Notes under the pieces: model-generated
What the model saw: the letters and a program-made list of their open reading frames with translations, nothing else
Told to the model about the DNA's origin: nothing
Database searches by the model: none
NCBI GenBank assembly: GCA_944389455.1
Contig: CALXMK010000011.1
Location: 4,166 to 68,165 of the forward strand
DNA length: 64,000 nucleotides
From: an uncultured Verrucomicrobiota bacterium
GTDB lineage: Bacteria > Verrucomicrobiota > Verrucomicrobiia > Limisphaerales > UBA1412
Direction: 5' to 3'
Translations under genes and position numbers: made by a program
Part shown: positions 1-11,874 of the stretch, one piece after another
How positions within the stretch are numbered: position 1 is the stretch's first letter
Layout: each line of letters begins with the position of its first letter

Positions 1-2
1 CG

Positions 3-1424
3 ATGAATTGGACGGGAAGACTTTCCGATATGATCAATGCTCGGATGGAAACTCTCATCCGAGATGAATTTTATTTGGGGGAGACTCCCGAGGAGGATTG
101 TTGGTTTTTGAGGGAAATGCGCTCTCGACAGGCAGATATGGATCCGGAGCAATTTGAGGTGACTGATATGGATTTGGATGAGGAGGCTTGGCCCAATGGT
201 TTGTTCCGCTGGACTCCACAGGAAGAGTTTGACCGCATTCGGAATATCTATGTCACAAATCGTCTTCCTTTTATGCTGCAATACATTGATATGACGGAAA
301 AAACAGTCTCTCTGCAAATAGAGGAAGTTGTGACGGCGGCGGAAGCGGGAGCTCTTTCGAAGGGGTATATTGCTATTAAGAACTTGTCAAATTATGCTCT
401 GGACTTAACGGGGTATCGTTTAACCGGGATTACGGAGTTTGAGTTTTCTCCCGGAACCGTGATAGAGGGGGAAGGCATGATCTATGTAGGGGCCGATTGG
501 AAGGGATTGCGTGAACGAGAGACATCACCTCGCGCAGGAGAGGAGTTGCTTATTGTCGGGAGCTATGAATCCTTGAATCTAAATGGGAATCCAGAGTTGC
601 AGCTGCTGAATCGTAATGGGGAGTTGGTGGATACTTTTACGGTAGAACTTCCCGCAGAGGAGGAATATTCCAATCTCAGAATCACGGAATTAATGTATTC
701 TCCGGCGGTGTATCAAAATGACATCACTACTGATTTGGATAGTTATTCCTGGATTAAGCTGAGCAATTGCGGTGAACAGGAGATTAATCTGGAAGGATAT
801 CGTCTTTCGGAAGGAATCAGCTATCAATTTCCTTCTTTTAATCTTGCTCCGGGAGAATCAGTTTTTCTAGCCAAAGAAGCTTATTATTTCCAACAGCGTT
901 ACCAGCCGGAGAATCTTCTTTTATTAGATGGATATTCCGGTAATCTTTCTAAAAAAGGAGAATATGTTTCTCTTTATTCTCCGGACGGAATCCAGATTCA
1001 AAGAGTTTGTTGGAATCAGGAATGGTATCCTGAAACAGCCGGAGAAGGGTATTCTCTGGAGGTGATAGATCCTTATGCTGAAGATTTGTTAATGATTGCA
1101 AAAGAAAATTATCAACCTTCGACAAAATTTGGGGGAAGTCCCGGCTATATTCTCTTTTCCCTATTACCGGATTTAATAATAGAGGATGGTGTTGTCAGTT
1201 TTACTGTTTCTTCCGACGATGTTACTATCCGAATGGAGCGTTCATTTGATCTGATCCAATGGGAAGAAGTTAATTTTAAAACAGAGGGGAATCGTGTCTT
1301 CGTAGAATACTCGGAGGAGAAACAGTGTTTTTATCGGGCAATCTTAACTGAAGAAGAGCTTTCGGAACCTGAACCGATTGAACCTGAGCCGACCGAATCG
1401 GCGGTTGAGGATTCAGGGAAATAA
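3..1424 (+). CDS. Lamin-tail-domain (LTD) repeat protein, C-terminal part (5' end probably lies outside the window)
   Basis: The ORF is open from the window edge. It has two LTD-like segments (IAIKNLSNYALDLTGYRLTG..., and LRITELMYSP...WIKLSNCGEQEINLEGYRLSEG...PGESVFLAK...GEYVSLYSPDG). A small C-terminal beta-domain (SFDLIQWEEV...CFYRAIL) and an EPEPIEPEP tail follow. TAA stop. Confidence 0.6.
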   Translation: MNWTGRLSDMINARMETLIRDEFYLGETPEEDCWFLREMRSRQADMDPEQFEVTDMDLDEEAWPNGLFRWTPQEEFDRIRNIYVTNRLPFMLQYIDMTEKTVSLQIEEVVTAAEAGALSKGYIAIKNLSNYALDLTGYRLTGITEFEFSPGTVIEGEGMIYVGADWKGLRERETSPRAGEELLIVGSYESLNLNGNPELQLLNRNGELVDTFTVELPAEEEYSNLRITELMYSPAVYQNDITTDLDSYSWIKLSNCGEQEINLEGYRLSEGISYQFPSFNLAPGESVFLAKEAYYFQQRYQPENLLLLDGYSGNLSKKGEYVSLYSPDGIQIQRVCWNQEWYPETAGEGYSLEVIDPYAEDLLMIAKENYQPSTKFGGSPGYILFSLLPDLIIEDGVVSFTVSSDDVTIRMERSFDLIQWEEVNFKTEGNRVFVEYSEEKQCFYRAILTEEELSEPEPIEPEPTESAVEDSGK

Positions 1425-1531
1425 TGTGATCAAAAATATATTCTTATTAGTTATTAGAATATAAGAAATATAAAGATATCTATTTCTGTTTCTGAGCAAG
1501 AGAATTCTTTGTTTTTAACCCCTGAAAGCAC

Positions 1532-1559
1532 TTGAAAAAAAAGGGTTAAATGATATAAT
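1532..1559 (+). promoter_or_regulatory. Candidate sigma70-type promoter for gyrB-gyrA
   Basis: TTGAAA (1532-1537), a 16-nt spacer, then an extended -10 TGaTATAAT (1551-1559), about 20 nt upstream of the gyrB ATG. Confidence 0.45.
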
Positions 1560-1572
1560 TGTTTGTCTTTAA

Positions 1573-4155
<2,583 letters not shown>

Positions 4156-4158
4156 GAA

Positions 4159-6846
4159 ATGACAGACAGTTCTAATAATGGTTCTGATAGCAGCCGCCCT
4201 TTGATGGGGAGCGGCTCCGTCTTTGCGGCAGGTGAAAAGGTAGCAAGAATAAATGTAGCCGATGAGCTGAAAAATTCCTTTTTGGATTATTCAATGTCGG
4301 TCATTGTTTCCCGTGCTTTGCCGGACGCGAGGGATGGGCTCAAGCCTTCCCAACGGCGTATTCTCTATGCAATGCACGAACTGAGGCTTTATCCGGGGCA
4401 TAAACATTTCAAGTGCGCAAAGATCTGTGGTGACACTAGTGGTAATTACCATCCTCATGGAGAGCAGGTTATCTACCCAACGCTTGTTCACATGGCTCAG
4501 CCTTGGTCAATGAGGGATACATTGGTTGATGGTCAAGGCAATTTCGGTTCTGTAGAAGGTGATGCTCCGGCCGCCATGCGTTATACGGAAGCTCGTCTGA
4601 CTCACTTGGGTGGCATTCTGATGAAAGACATGGACGAGGATACCGTTGACTTCATGCCCAATTATGATGAGCGTTTGACGGAACCGGTGGTATTTCCGGC
4701 GGCTTTTCCCAATCTGCTTGTCAATGGCGGAACCGGTATTGCCGTGGGGATGGCAACAAATTTAGCTCCCCATAATCTGGGAGAGGTTATTGATGGTATC
4801 TGTGCTTTGATTGACCAGCCGGAGTTGCGTCCTCTGGATTTGCTAAAATATATTAAAGGTCCTGATTTCCCTACAGGCTGTATGATCTGCGGTATGGATG
4901 GAATCAAGAAGTATTTTACAACCGGCAATGGCTCCATGAGGGTTCGCGGTAAAGTCGGAGTCGAACAGATCAAAGGAGGCCGAGAGCAGATTATCATCTC
5001 CGAAATTCCTTTTGGTGTGAATCGGGCGCAGCTGGTGGAGAGAATCGCAGATCTGGTTAATGAAAAAGTTTTGACTGAGATTTCTGCTGTTCGAGATGAA
5101 TCCGATGAGAATACTCGGGTAGTGATTGAGCTCAAACGTGACTCGGTTCCCAAAGTCGTTATCAATAATCTTTATAAGCACACTCAGCTGGAAACATCTT
5201 TCAGCGTAAATTCGCTGGCAATTGATCATGGCAGACCCAAGGTGCTCAATATGAAAGAGCTGATGGAGTGCTATATTGAGCATCGCCGTGAGGTTGTAAT
5301 TCGCAGGACCCGATGCCGTTTGAGAAAAGCGGAGGAACGAGCTGAAATTTTGGAGGGATATCTCATTGCACTGGATAATTTAGATGAGTTTATTCGTATT
5401 ATCCGTGAGTCGGCCAATAGAGATGAAGCTCGTGTGAAATTGTTGGCTTTTGAGTTTAGCCGTGAAGCGGTAGAACGCCTAGGAATTCTTATTCGCAGCG
5501 AAGCTCGTCTGCAAAATGGTCGTTATTGTTTCAGCGTGGCGCAGGCAAACGCTATTCTGGATTTGCGTTTATATCAATTAACCGGTCTGGAACAAGATAA
5601 AGTTCATGCAGAATACAAGAGCCTGTTGGATACCATTTTGGATTTGCAGGATATTCTTGCCCGCGAAGTTCGGGTTAAAAATATCATCAAGGAAGAGCTG
5701 ATGGATATCCGGACTCGCTTTGCGACAGAGCGGCGTACCTTGCTGGTTGCAGATACGGGAGAGATGGCTATTGAGGACCTTATTGCCAATGAGGGGGTCA
5801 TTATTACAATGACACATAAAGGTCTCATTAAACGAACCAACGTGAGCTCCTACAGACCCCAGCGCCGGGGAGGCAAAGGAGTGATTGGAATGGGTACCCG
5901 TTCCAGCGCTCTGGATGATGAAGAAGATTTTATTGAAAGGCTCTTTACGGCAAGTACTCATGATTATCTGCTTTTCTTTACCAATATGGGGAGAGTTTAC
6001 TGCGAGCGGGTACATGAAATCCCGGATATGGGGCGTGCCGCAAAGGGGCGCAGTATCGCCAACTTGTTGGAATTGCTTTCAGATGAAAAGATTGCCGCTC
6101 TGATTCGAATTCCTTCTGAGGTGGAGAATGGCAAGGATGTGACCTGGGAACAGGATCTCTGTCTCTTCTTCGCAACAAAGAAAGGAACCGTTAAACAGAC
6201 CGAACTTAAACAGTTTGCCAATATCCGCAAGGGCGGAATTATCGCTATCGGCATTGATGATGGGGATGTGCTTATTGATGTCAAACTTAGTTCTCACGGA
6301 GATGATGTGGTTCTGATTACTCATGAGGGTAAAAGTATTCGCTTCCATGAGGATGATGTGCGCAGAATGGGACGACCTGCTACAGGCGTTCGAGGCATCA
6401 TGCTTTCGGAAGGGGATTTTGTGGTGGCGGCTGCAATCGTTGAGAAAGATGCTTCACTCTTGGTTGCAGGAGAACATGGTATTGGCAAGCGGACCGATTT
6501 TGAAGAGTATCGCGTTCAATCCCGCGGAGGAAAGGGCATCATTACAATGAAGACGGCTGAGAAGACCGGAAAACTGGTGGGTGCGCTTACCGTTAAAGAT
6601 GGGGAAGAACTCATGCTTATTACGGTAGGGGGGCAGATGGTTCGCATTAAGGTGGATGAAATTCGCGAAGCTGGCCGCAACACCATGGGAGTTAAACTAA
6701 TTGATCTGCGGGAAGATGATAAACTTCAGGCAATTGCTCCGGTGGTTAAAGATGAAGGGGAAAATGATGAATCTTCGCAGCCCACGTTGGGTTTAGAATC
6801 AACTCCACTGCAGGAGAATTCATCTGAGAATCCAACGGAAGAATAA
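4159..6846 (+). CDS. gyrA: DNA gyrase subunit A
   Basis: DGLKPSQRRILYAM, the active-site region AAMRYTEARL and GyrA-box-like QRRGGKG with beta-pinwheel repeats. There is an acidic C-terminal tail. Confidence 0.97.
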   Translation: MTDSSNNGSDSSRPLMGSGSVFAAGEKVARINVADELKNSFLDYSMSVIVSRALPDARDGLKPSQRRILYAMHELRLYPGHKHFKCAKICGDTSGNYHPHGEQVIYPTLVHMAQPWSMRDTLVDGQGNFGSVEGDAPAAMRYTEARLTHLGGILMKDMDEDTVDFMPNYDERLTEPVVFPAAFPNLLVNGGTGIAVGMATNLAPHNLGEVIDGICALIDQPELRPLDLLKYIKGPDFPTGCMICGMDGIKKYFTTGNGSMRVRGKVGVEQIKGGREQIIISEIPFGVNRAQLVERIADLVNEKVLTEISAVRDESDENTRVVIELKRDSVPKVVINNLYKHTQLETSFSVNSLAIDHGRPKVLNMKELMECYIEHRREVVIRRTRCRLRKAEERAEILEGYLIALDNLDEFIRIIRESANRDEARVKLLAFEFSREAVERLGILIRSEARLQNGRYCFSVAQANAILDLRLYQLTGLEQDKVHAEYKSLLDTILDLQDILAREVRVKNIIKEELMDIRTRFATERRTLLVADTGEMAIEDLIANEGVIITMTHKGLIKRTNVSSYRPQRRGGKGVIGMGTRSSALDDEEDFIERLFTASTHDYLLFFTNMGRVYCERVHEIPDMGRAAKGRSIANLLELLSDEKIAALIRIPSEVENGKDVTWEQDLCLFFATKKGTVKQTELKQFANIRKGGIIAIGIDDGDVLIDVKLSSHGDDVVLITHEGKSIRFHEDDVRRMGRPATGVRGIMLSEGDFVVAAAIVEKDASLLVAGEHGIGKRTDFEEYRVQSRGGKGIITMKTAEKTGKLVGALTVKDGEELMLITVGGQMVRIKVDEIREAGRNTMGVKLIDLREDDKLQAIAPVVKDEGENDESSQPTLGLESTPLQENSSENPTEE

Positions 6847-6911
6847 AGCTGAATTAAAAATTACACCCTCTGCTTTACTCCTTCTTGAGGGAAAGGAGCG
6901 GAAGGATTGAT

Positions 6912-6952
6912 AAAAAAAGCACCTCTCTGTAAAAGGAAAAGGTGCTTTTTTA
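6912..6952. terminator. Rho-independent terminator after gyrA
   Basis: Stem agcacc (6918-6923) pairs with ggtgct (6941-6946). An A-run precedes it and a T-run follows it. Confidence 0.6.
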
Positions 6953-7288
6953 TTAAATCTTTCTTCCGACTCTTCTCATATAAGAATACGGTATTTTTGG
7001 GCAAAGACAAGTTCAGCGCTTCAATCTCATAAAAAATTGTCCCTATTTCTAATTTAGATTTCATAGGCGTATAGGAAGTCATTCCAGCTGATTAAAGATA
7101 GATACGGAATAAGATTCCATTTTGGAGTTTATGATATTTTTTTTGACAAAATATTTAATTTATGTTTCTATCTTTTTTAAAGACAGGAAGAATTCAATAA
7201 GTGTAAAATGAAAGATGTGACCATAACAGCCGATTTAATAATAGTGTGAATGAGCAAAACCAAAGAGTAGTAGATTGAAAATGCGTTT

Positions 7289-9889
7289 ATGATTTTATTT
7301 GGATTATTATTGTTCTTTTTGGGGCTTTTCTGGATTCTTCTAGTAGATGTGCCTGCAATGGCCAAAGCTAGGAGACTGAAAGAATTATGCAAACCAGGAA
7401 ACTTCACTAAGCACGGAATATATTATATAATAGGAAAGAATAAGACATTGCGGGTATCTGGTGTCGATCCAAAACTCACGATAGCTATCATTCCGGATAC
7501 AATAAGACATTATGGAATCAAATATACTGTTATAGGGATTGGAGATAGTGCTTTTTTGGGCTCCAAATCTTTAATTAGGGTAATTCTTTGTAAAAGTATT
7601 GTCTCAATTGAGGACAAAGCTTTTTGGGGCTGTGAATCCCTTATTGAAATAGAGATTCCCGATAGTGTTGTCTCAATTGGGAAAAGTGCGTTTTTTAGCT
7701 GTAAATCTCTTGTTGAAATAGAGATTCCCGATAGTGTTGTCTCAATTGGGGAAAGTGCGTTTTTTGGCTGTAAAAATCTAGTTTACGTTTCTCTTAGCAA
7801 AAAGGTTGTTTCAATTGAGGAAAGTGCTTTTTGGGGCTGTGAATCCCTTATTGAAATAGAGATACCCGATAGTGTTACCTCAATTGGGGAGAGTGCGTTT
7901 TGCAACTGTAATTCTTTAGTTAAAGTAACTCTTAGTAAAAATATTAGTTCAATTGAAAAATATTTATTTGCTTGTACAGCTCTTGAGAAAATAGAGATTC
8001 CAGATAAGGTTACCTTGATTGGAGAAAGCGCTTTTGCGAAGTGTGCATTTCTTCGTAAGATATTTTTGGGCAGAGGCGTTACTGAGATTAGAGCTGATGC
8101 TTTTGCAGAGACGAAACTCTCCAGAATAGTTTTCCCGGAGAGCGTAGTTTCAATTGGCAAAGGGGCTCTGAAATGTTGTTTTTCCCTAAGGGAGATTTAC
8201 TTTTCTTCATTGATTCCTCCTAAGGTTTCTTACAGTCTCATTAATTTTTCGTTTGAAAATATAATTTTTTATTTTCCTAAAGGATATATTGATTCTTATA
8301 AGAAAACGCTAATAGATTTAACAGAAAAATTTGATCTAGAATCGGTTATAGATGAGTGGAATCCATTTAGCCTTGTTACGGTTGGGAATATAGTCTATAC
8401 CCTAGATACTTCCAGCAGAACCGCTGCCGTTTGGGATTTAGTTGATTTTAAAATTCCTCACCTTGTTATTCCTGCCTCTATTGAATATGATGAAGTTCAT
8501 TATTCTGTTAGTAAGATTGAGAGATATGCTCTAGCCCATAGTTGTATATCTAAAATAGAGATTCCGGGTACGGTTCGTTTGATTGGAGAATTCGCTTTTA
8601 TGAATTCTCTCATGCTGCAAGAAGTAGTTTTGAGTAAAGGACTCATCGATATAGAAAAGAGTGCTTTTGAAAACTGTCAGCTGCTTAGCCAAATAGAGAT
8701 TCCAGAGGGTGTTGTCACGATTGGAGAGGGAGCTTTCAGGAAATGCAGCCGCTTTGGAGACATAGTCTTTCCGGCGAGTGTTGAAAGAATCGAGAGTTTT
8801 ATATTAGATGAATGTAATTCAATTAAAAAAGTTTATTTTAAATCTAAAGTTCCTCCCCAATTTGACATAGGCGCTTTTTTAGGGTGTTCCTCTGATATGA
8901 TTATTTATTACCCTAGAGAGGCCTCTGAAAAAGAGTGGAAAGATGTTTATGAGTTAAAGGAGTTTACTCACAAAGTATGGGATTGCATTCTCGTCAGGAA
9001 GGATCTTCTAAGTTGTATAATAGATCCGACAGAAAAAACAGCTATGGTTACAAATTGTTTTTCTACGGATGAGATTTTTACGATTCCGGATTCTATTGAG
9101 TATAAGGATGGAATTTATCCGATTACTAAGATTGGACTTTGGGCATTTTATGCTAAAAAATCATTGAAGCAAGTTGTTATTCCAAAGAGTGTAACATTGA
9201 TCGAAAGAGAGGCTTTTTATGCCTGTACCTCACTCCATAAGATTTATTTCAAATCTGAGGTTCCTCCTGAAACGGAACCAGGGGCATTTTTAGGCCGTCC
9301 TTCCGATATGATTGTTTATTGCCCCAAAGGGACCGAAGTTGAATGGAAAAAACAGTGGAAGAGTTTCAATATTCAGACATGGAATTCGGAACCCATTACA
9401 ATTCATGATGGGGGGATTACCTATATGCTGGACCCGGTTACCAAAACAGCGAAGATTTTGAAGTGCGATGACGATTATTTAAATTATCTTGTAGACTGTT
9501 CGATTACTGTGCGTGATACAACCATCCCAGGCAGCGGAAAGATGCTTATGACGAAGTATGCAGTGGAATATGAAGGAGAGTCTTATCCTGTGCAAGTGGT
9601 AGGCAAGGGGGCATTTTTCAACTGCAAGCAGTTGGAGAATATATGGTTATGGGATATTTATTCAATTGAGATGGATGCCTTTAGTTATTGTATATCGTTG
9701 AAAACAATCTTCTTTATTGCAAAACCACCAGCTGCCACAAAGAGTGCGTTCTATGCCTGTCCGAAGGATCTGCTTATTTGTTATCATGTCGAATTGGAAA
9801 AATATTGGCAGAAAACATGGAGCGGTTTCAGAACAGCGACTTTTAGAACATGCGGAGAATCTATGGATGAATCCCAATCTTCTGAATAA
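7289..9889 (+). CDS. BspA-type leucine-rich-repeat (LRR_5-like) surface protein
   Basis: Hydrophobic N-terminus (MILFGLLLFFLGLFWILL...AMA). Many 23-aa repeats of the IPDSVxSIGxxAFxxCxxL type. Four larger modules each end in xIYFxSxxPP...AF...IIYxPxG...W. The gene is visibly more AT-rich than gyrA. Confidence 0.8.
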   Translation: MILFGLLLFFLGLFWILLVDVPAMAKARRLKELCKPGNFTKHGIYYIIGKNKTLRVSGVDPKLTIAIIPDTIRHYGIKYTVIGIGDSAFLGSKSLIRVILCKSIVSIEDKAFWGCESLIEIEIPDSVVSIGKSAFFSCKSLVEIEIPDSVVSIGESAFFGCKNLVYVSLSKKVVSIEESAFWGCESLIEIEIPDSVTSIGESAFCNCNSLVKVTLSKNISSIEKYLFACTALEKIEIPDKVTLIGESAFAKCAFLRKIFLGRGVTEIRADAFAETKLSRIVFPESVVSIGKGALKCCFSLREIYFSSLIPPKVSYSLINFSFENIIFYFPKGYIDSYKKTLIDLTEKFDLESVIDEWNPFSLVTVGNIVYTLDTSSRTAAVWDLVDFKIPHLVIPASIEYDEVHYSVSKIERYALAHSCISKIEIPGTVRLIGEFAFMNSLMLQEVVLSKGLIDIEKSAFENCQLLSQIEIPEGVVTIGEGAFRKCSRFGDIVFPASVERIESFILDECNSIKKVYFKSKVPPQFDIGAFLGCSSDMIIYYPREASEKEWKDVYELKEFTHKVWDCILVRKDLLSCIIDPTEKTAMVTNCFSTDEIFTIPDSIEYKDGIYPITKIGLWAFYAKKSLKQVVIPKSVTLIEREAFYACTSLHKIYFKSEVPPETEPGAFLGRPSDMIVYCPKGTEVEWKKQWKSFNIQTWNSEPITIHDGGITYMLDPVTKTAKILKCDDDYLNYLVDCSITVRDTTIPGSGKMLMTKYAVEYEGESYPVQVVGKGAFFNCKQLENIWLWDIYSIEMDAFSYCISLKTIFFIAKPPAATKSAFYACPKDLLICYHVELEKYWQKTWSGFRTATFRTCGESMDESQSSE
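7600..7920 (+). repeat. Intragenic 69-bp (23-codon) tandem repeats with near-identical copies
   Basis: The units starting at 7646 and 7715 share 36 consecutive identical nt (gaaatagagattcccgatagtgttgtctcaattggg). A 38-nt identical run recurs at a 207-bp (3 x 69) offset, 7619 versus 7826. Confidence 0.85.
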
Positions 9890-9913
9890 TCGAAGAAAAA
9901 GATTTGAAAATAG

Positions 9914-9957
9914 AAGAATCCTCCCGGAGATGATTTTTGTTTCCAAGGAGGATTCTT
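9914..9957. terminator. Hairpin terminator between convergent genes
   Basis: Perfect 11-bp stem: aagaatcctcc (9914-9924) pairs with ggaggattctt (9947-9957). On the minus strand a T-rich tract follows it, downstream of the 9983 gene end. Confidence 0.55.
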
Positions 9958-9982
9958 ATGAGAAAAAAGATTTTTTTATAGG

Positions 9983-11827
9983 TTATTTCCGTTTAATCTT
10001 CAGATTTTCCCCGATGATTTTAACTCCTTCGGGAGCAAGCACCGTAGAAGTAAGCGTTCCGTCAGGCTGTTTCTTATGTTCTACCCTGAGAATTCCCTGT
10101 TTGAGAGGGAGTGAGCCTTTGGCCCAATCCAAGTCGCAGAGGTGGGGAGTAATACTGACGGTGCGGCCTCCGTCTTCTACATGGATCCCCAGGACATATT
10201 CGGTAAGCCATGAGGTGGGCCCGCTGGCCCAGCCGTGGCTGAGACTGTGACGAAGGCCTTTATAGCAGTAGTTGCCGTAATCTCCATGGATATCAACTTT
10301 ATCTTCAGGAACAATTTCATCAATTCGGGCGGCATTCTTCATCCAGTTAATATCAAAATCTTCCCAGAAGGTAGTTGCGCCCATATCGAGCATTCCTCCC
10401 CAATATTCACGAATGACGTCTAGGCAGCCTTGATAATCGTGAGCTTTGGCTCTAGCCAGGAGAACATAGTATCCGTAAAAGGTAGACATACGCTGTGCCC
10501 CGTCTACGGCCATGACGTTGTTGTTCATTTCTTCAGGGGAGGCTAATCCAGCCAATGCCATAAGGGCGGCGGCTTGCTTGCTGTTGTTTGGGTCGGGAAC
10601 ATAGGTGCGCATTTTAGCAGCAGCGGCGGCGCATTGCTCGGCAAGCTGTTCTTCACCCAGGTCTAGGCAAAGTGTTTGTCCGGCATCAAAAGCTAGAATC
10701 ATCAGAGCCTGCAAACCGGCGTGAATGGCTTGTGGGTTAGCGTTGCTTGGCCAATCAAGGAAACGGCCTTCGGGCATTTTTTCTTTTCCGTTTTCATCTA
10801 CACAGGAGAGAAGCTGTCGGAGCAGTCCTGTCAGATAAGGTTTCTGCTCTTTGAGATAATTCAGATCTCCATAGAAGCGGTACCAATCATTGTGAATGAG
10901 AATCCACCATATAGAATAGGAGCTGATTCCGTTCATCCAGGTCCCCAGAGGGGTTTCATCACGAACCAAATCAAGGCTGCGCGGTACCATCCAATTGTTC
11001 CCGAACACGGAGCTGATTGTCATGGTTTCCGGGTGCATATCCCCAATCCAGACCAGACGGTCGCGCTTGAATCCGTCCCAGACGTAATTTTGCATATTGA
11101 GTTGAACGGTGTAAGCTCCTGTCATCCAGATTTGATTCAGACGTGGATCGCTGCATTCAAAAGAACCCAAGTAGGGCAGATCGTTGTACAGGAAGACTGC
11201 ATTGACGAACTTCAGATTCAGTGAACTGTTTGTTTCGAGCAGGTCAATTCTGGCAAAGCGATAACCAGTATTGCCGATCTCGGCGGTTCCCAGCCAGGGA
11301 ATAAGAGTGGTTTGATCTCGGACGGCATGATCATTGGTGGCATTTTTTTTGCCGCCGATATCGTTCATCACTTCACTAACTGATTCTCCAAAGCGGATAC
11401 GGATTTTGACCGGTTGTCCGGTGGAAGTTCCCGAAGAACCGATTTGAATTCCGCCGGAGAGTTCTGTGCCGAAATCGAGTATGATGCTGGCCGGCTCTCC
11501 CTTATTAGCCAGAGTGCAGAAAGCTGGAGTGTATAGGCTGATTTGGTTGCTGGTCCTCTTAAGCAGAATTTCGGGATGTGTAACGGAGGATTTGTCATTA
11601 TTTTCCGATTGCCAGACGATTCGACTGGGTGTGACATAGGTTCTGACTCTTGAATCTCTCTCCACTTTATCCGAGGAAATCAGATGGCGAACCGGAGCCG
11701 GAACGTTTTGATTAGAAAAGGCTGTTTCCAGAGGGGTATCAGCTGGCGAGGCTGCGTTTGCACTAATTGAGCCGCAAAGCAATCCCGCGGAAAGGATGAG
11801 TGAACCGATTTTTTTATTTGTATTCAT
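9983..11827 (-). CDS. Secreted six-hairpin glycosidase, alpha-L-rhamnosidase (GH78)-like
   Basis: Signal peptide (MNTNKKIGSLILSAGLLCGSISANA). The C-terminal pattern FLDWPS...TFWEDFD...SLSHGWASGPTSWLTEYVLGI...ITPHLCDLDWAKG is typical of the rhamnosidase-type (alpha/alpha)6 catalytic domain plus C-terminal beta-sandwich. Confidence 0.55.
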   Translation of the reverse strand: MNTNKKIGSLILSAGLLCGSISANAASPADTPLETAFSNQNVPAPVRHLISSDKVERDSRVRTYVTPSRIVWQSENNDKSSVTHPEILLKRTSNQISLYTPAFCTLANKGEPASIILDFGTELSGGIQIGSSGTSTGQPVKIRIRFGESVSEVMNDIGGKKNATNDHAVRDQTTLIPWLGTAEIGNTGYRFARIDLLETNSSLNLKFVNAVFLYNDLPYLGSFECSDPRLNQIWMTGAYTVQLNMQNYVWDGFKRDRLVWIGDMHPETMTISSVFGNNWMVPRSLDLVRDETPLGTWMNGISSYSIWWILIHNDWYRFYGDLNYLKEQKPYLTGLLRQLLSCVDENGKEKMPEGRFLDWPSNANPQAIHAGLQALMILAFDAGQTLCLDLGEEQLAEQCAAAAAKMRTYVPDPNNSKQAAALMALAGLASPEEMNNNVMAVDGAQRMSTFYGYYVLLARAKAHDYQGCLDVIREYWGGMLDMGATTFWEDFDINWMKNAARIDEIVPEDKVDIHGDYGNYCYKGLRHSLSHGWASGPTSWLTEYVLGIHVEDGGRTVSITPHLCDLDWAKGSLPLKQGILRVEHKKQPDGTLTSTVLAPEGVKIIGENLKIKRK

Positions 11828-11874
11828 AAATTTAATAATTGATATATTTAAAATAGTTTTTGTTTTACATTCTT

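Noticed and set aside
4662-5165. A 167-aa ORF antisense to gyrA. Similar long antisense ORFs occur at 10721-11224, 20100-20561, 44787-45287, 58238-58717 and 62716-63156.
   Set aside because: All lie entirely inside strongly supported genes on the opposite strand. They have low-complexity or Ser/Arg-rich translations and no start context. They are typical shadow ORFs.
6861-7407. Two small minus-strand ORFs (73 and 76 aa) in the AT-rich spacer before the LRR gene.
   Set aside because: They show AT-driven, Lys/Asn/Ile/Phe-rich translations. One covers the gyrA terminator hairpin and the other overlaps the LRR gene start. There is no RBS and no motif.
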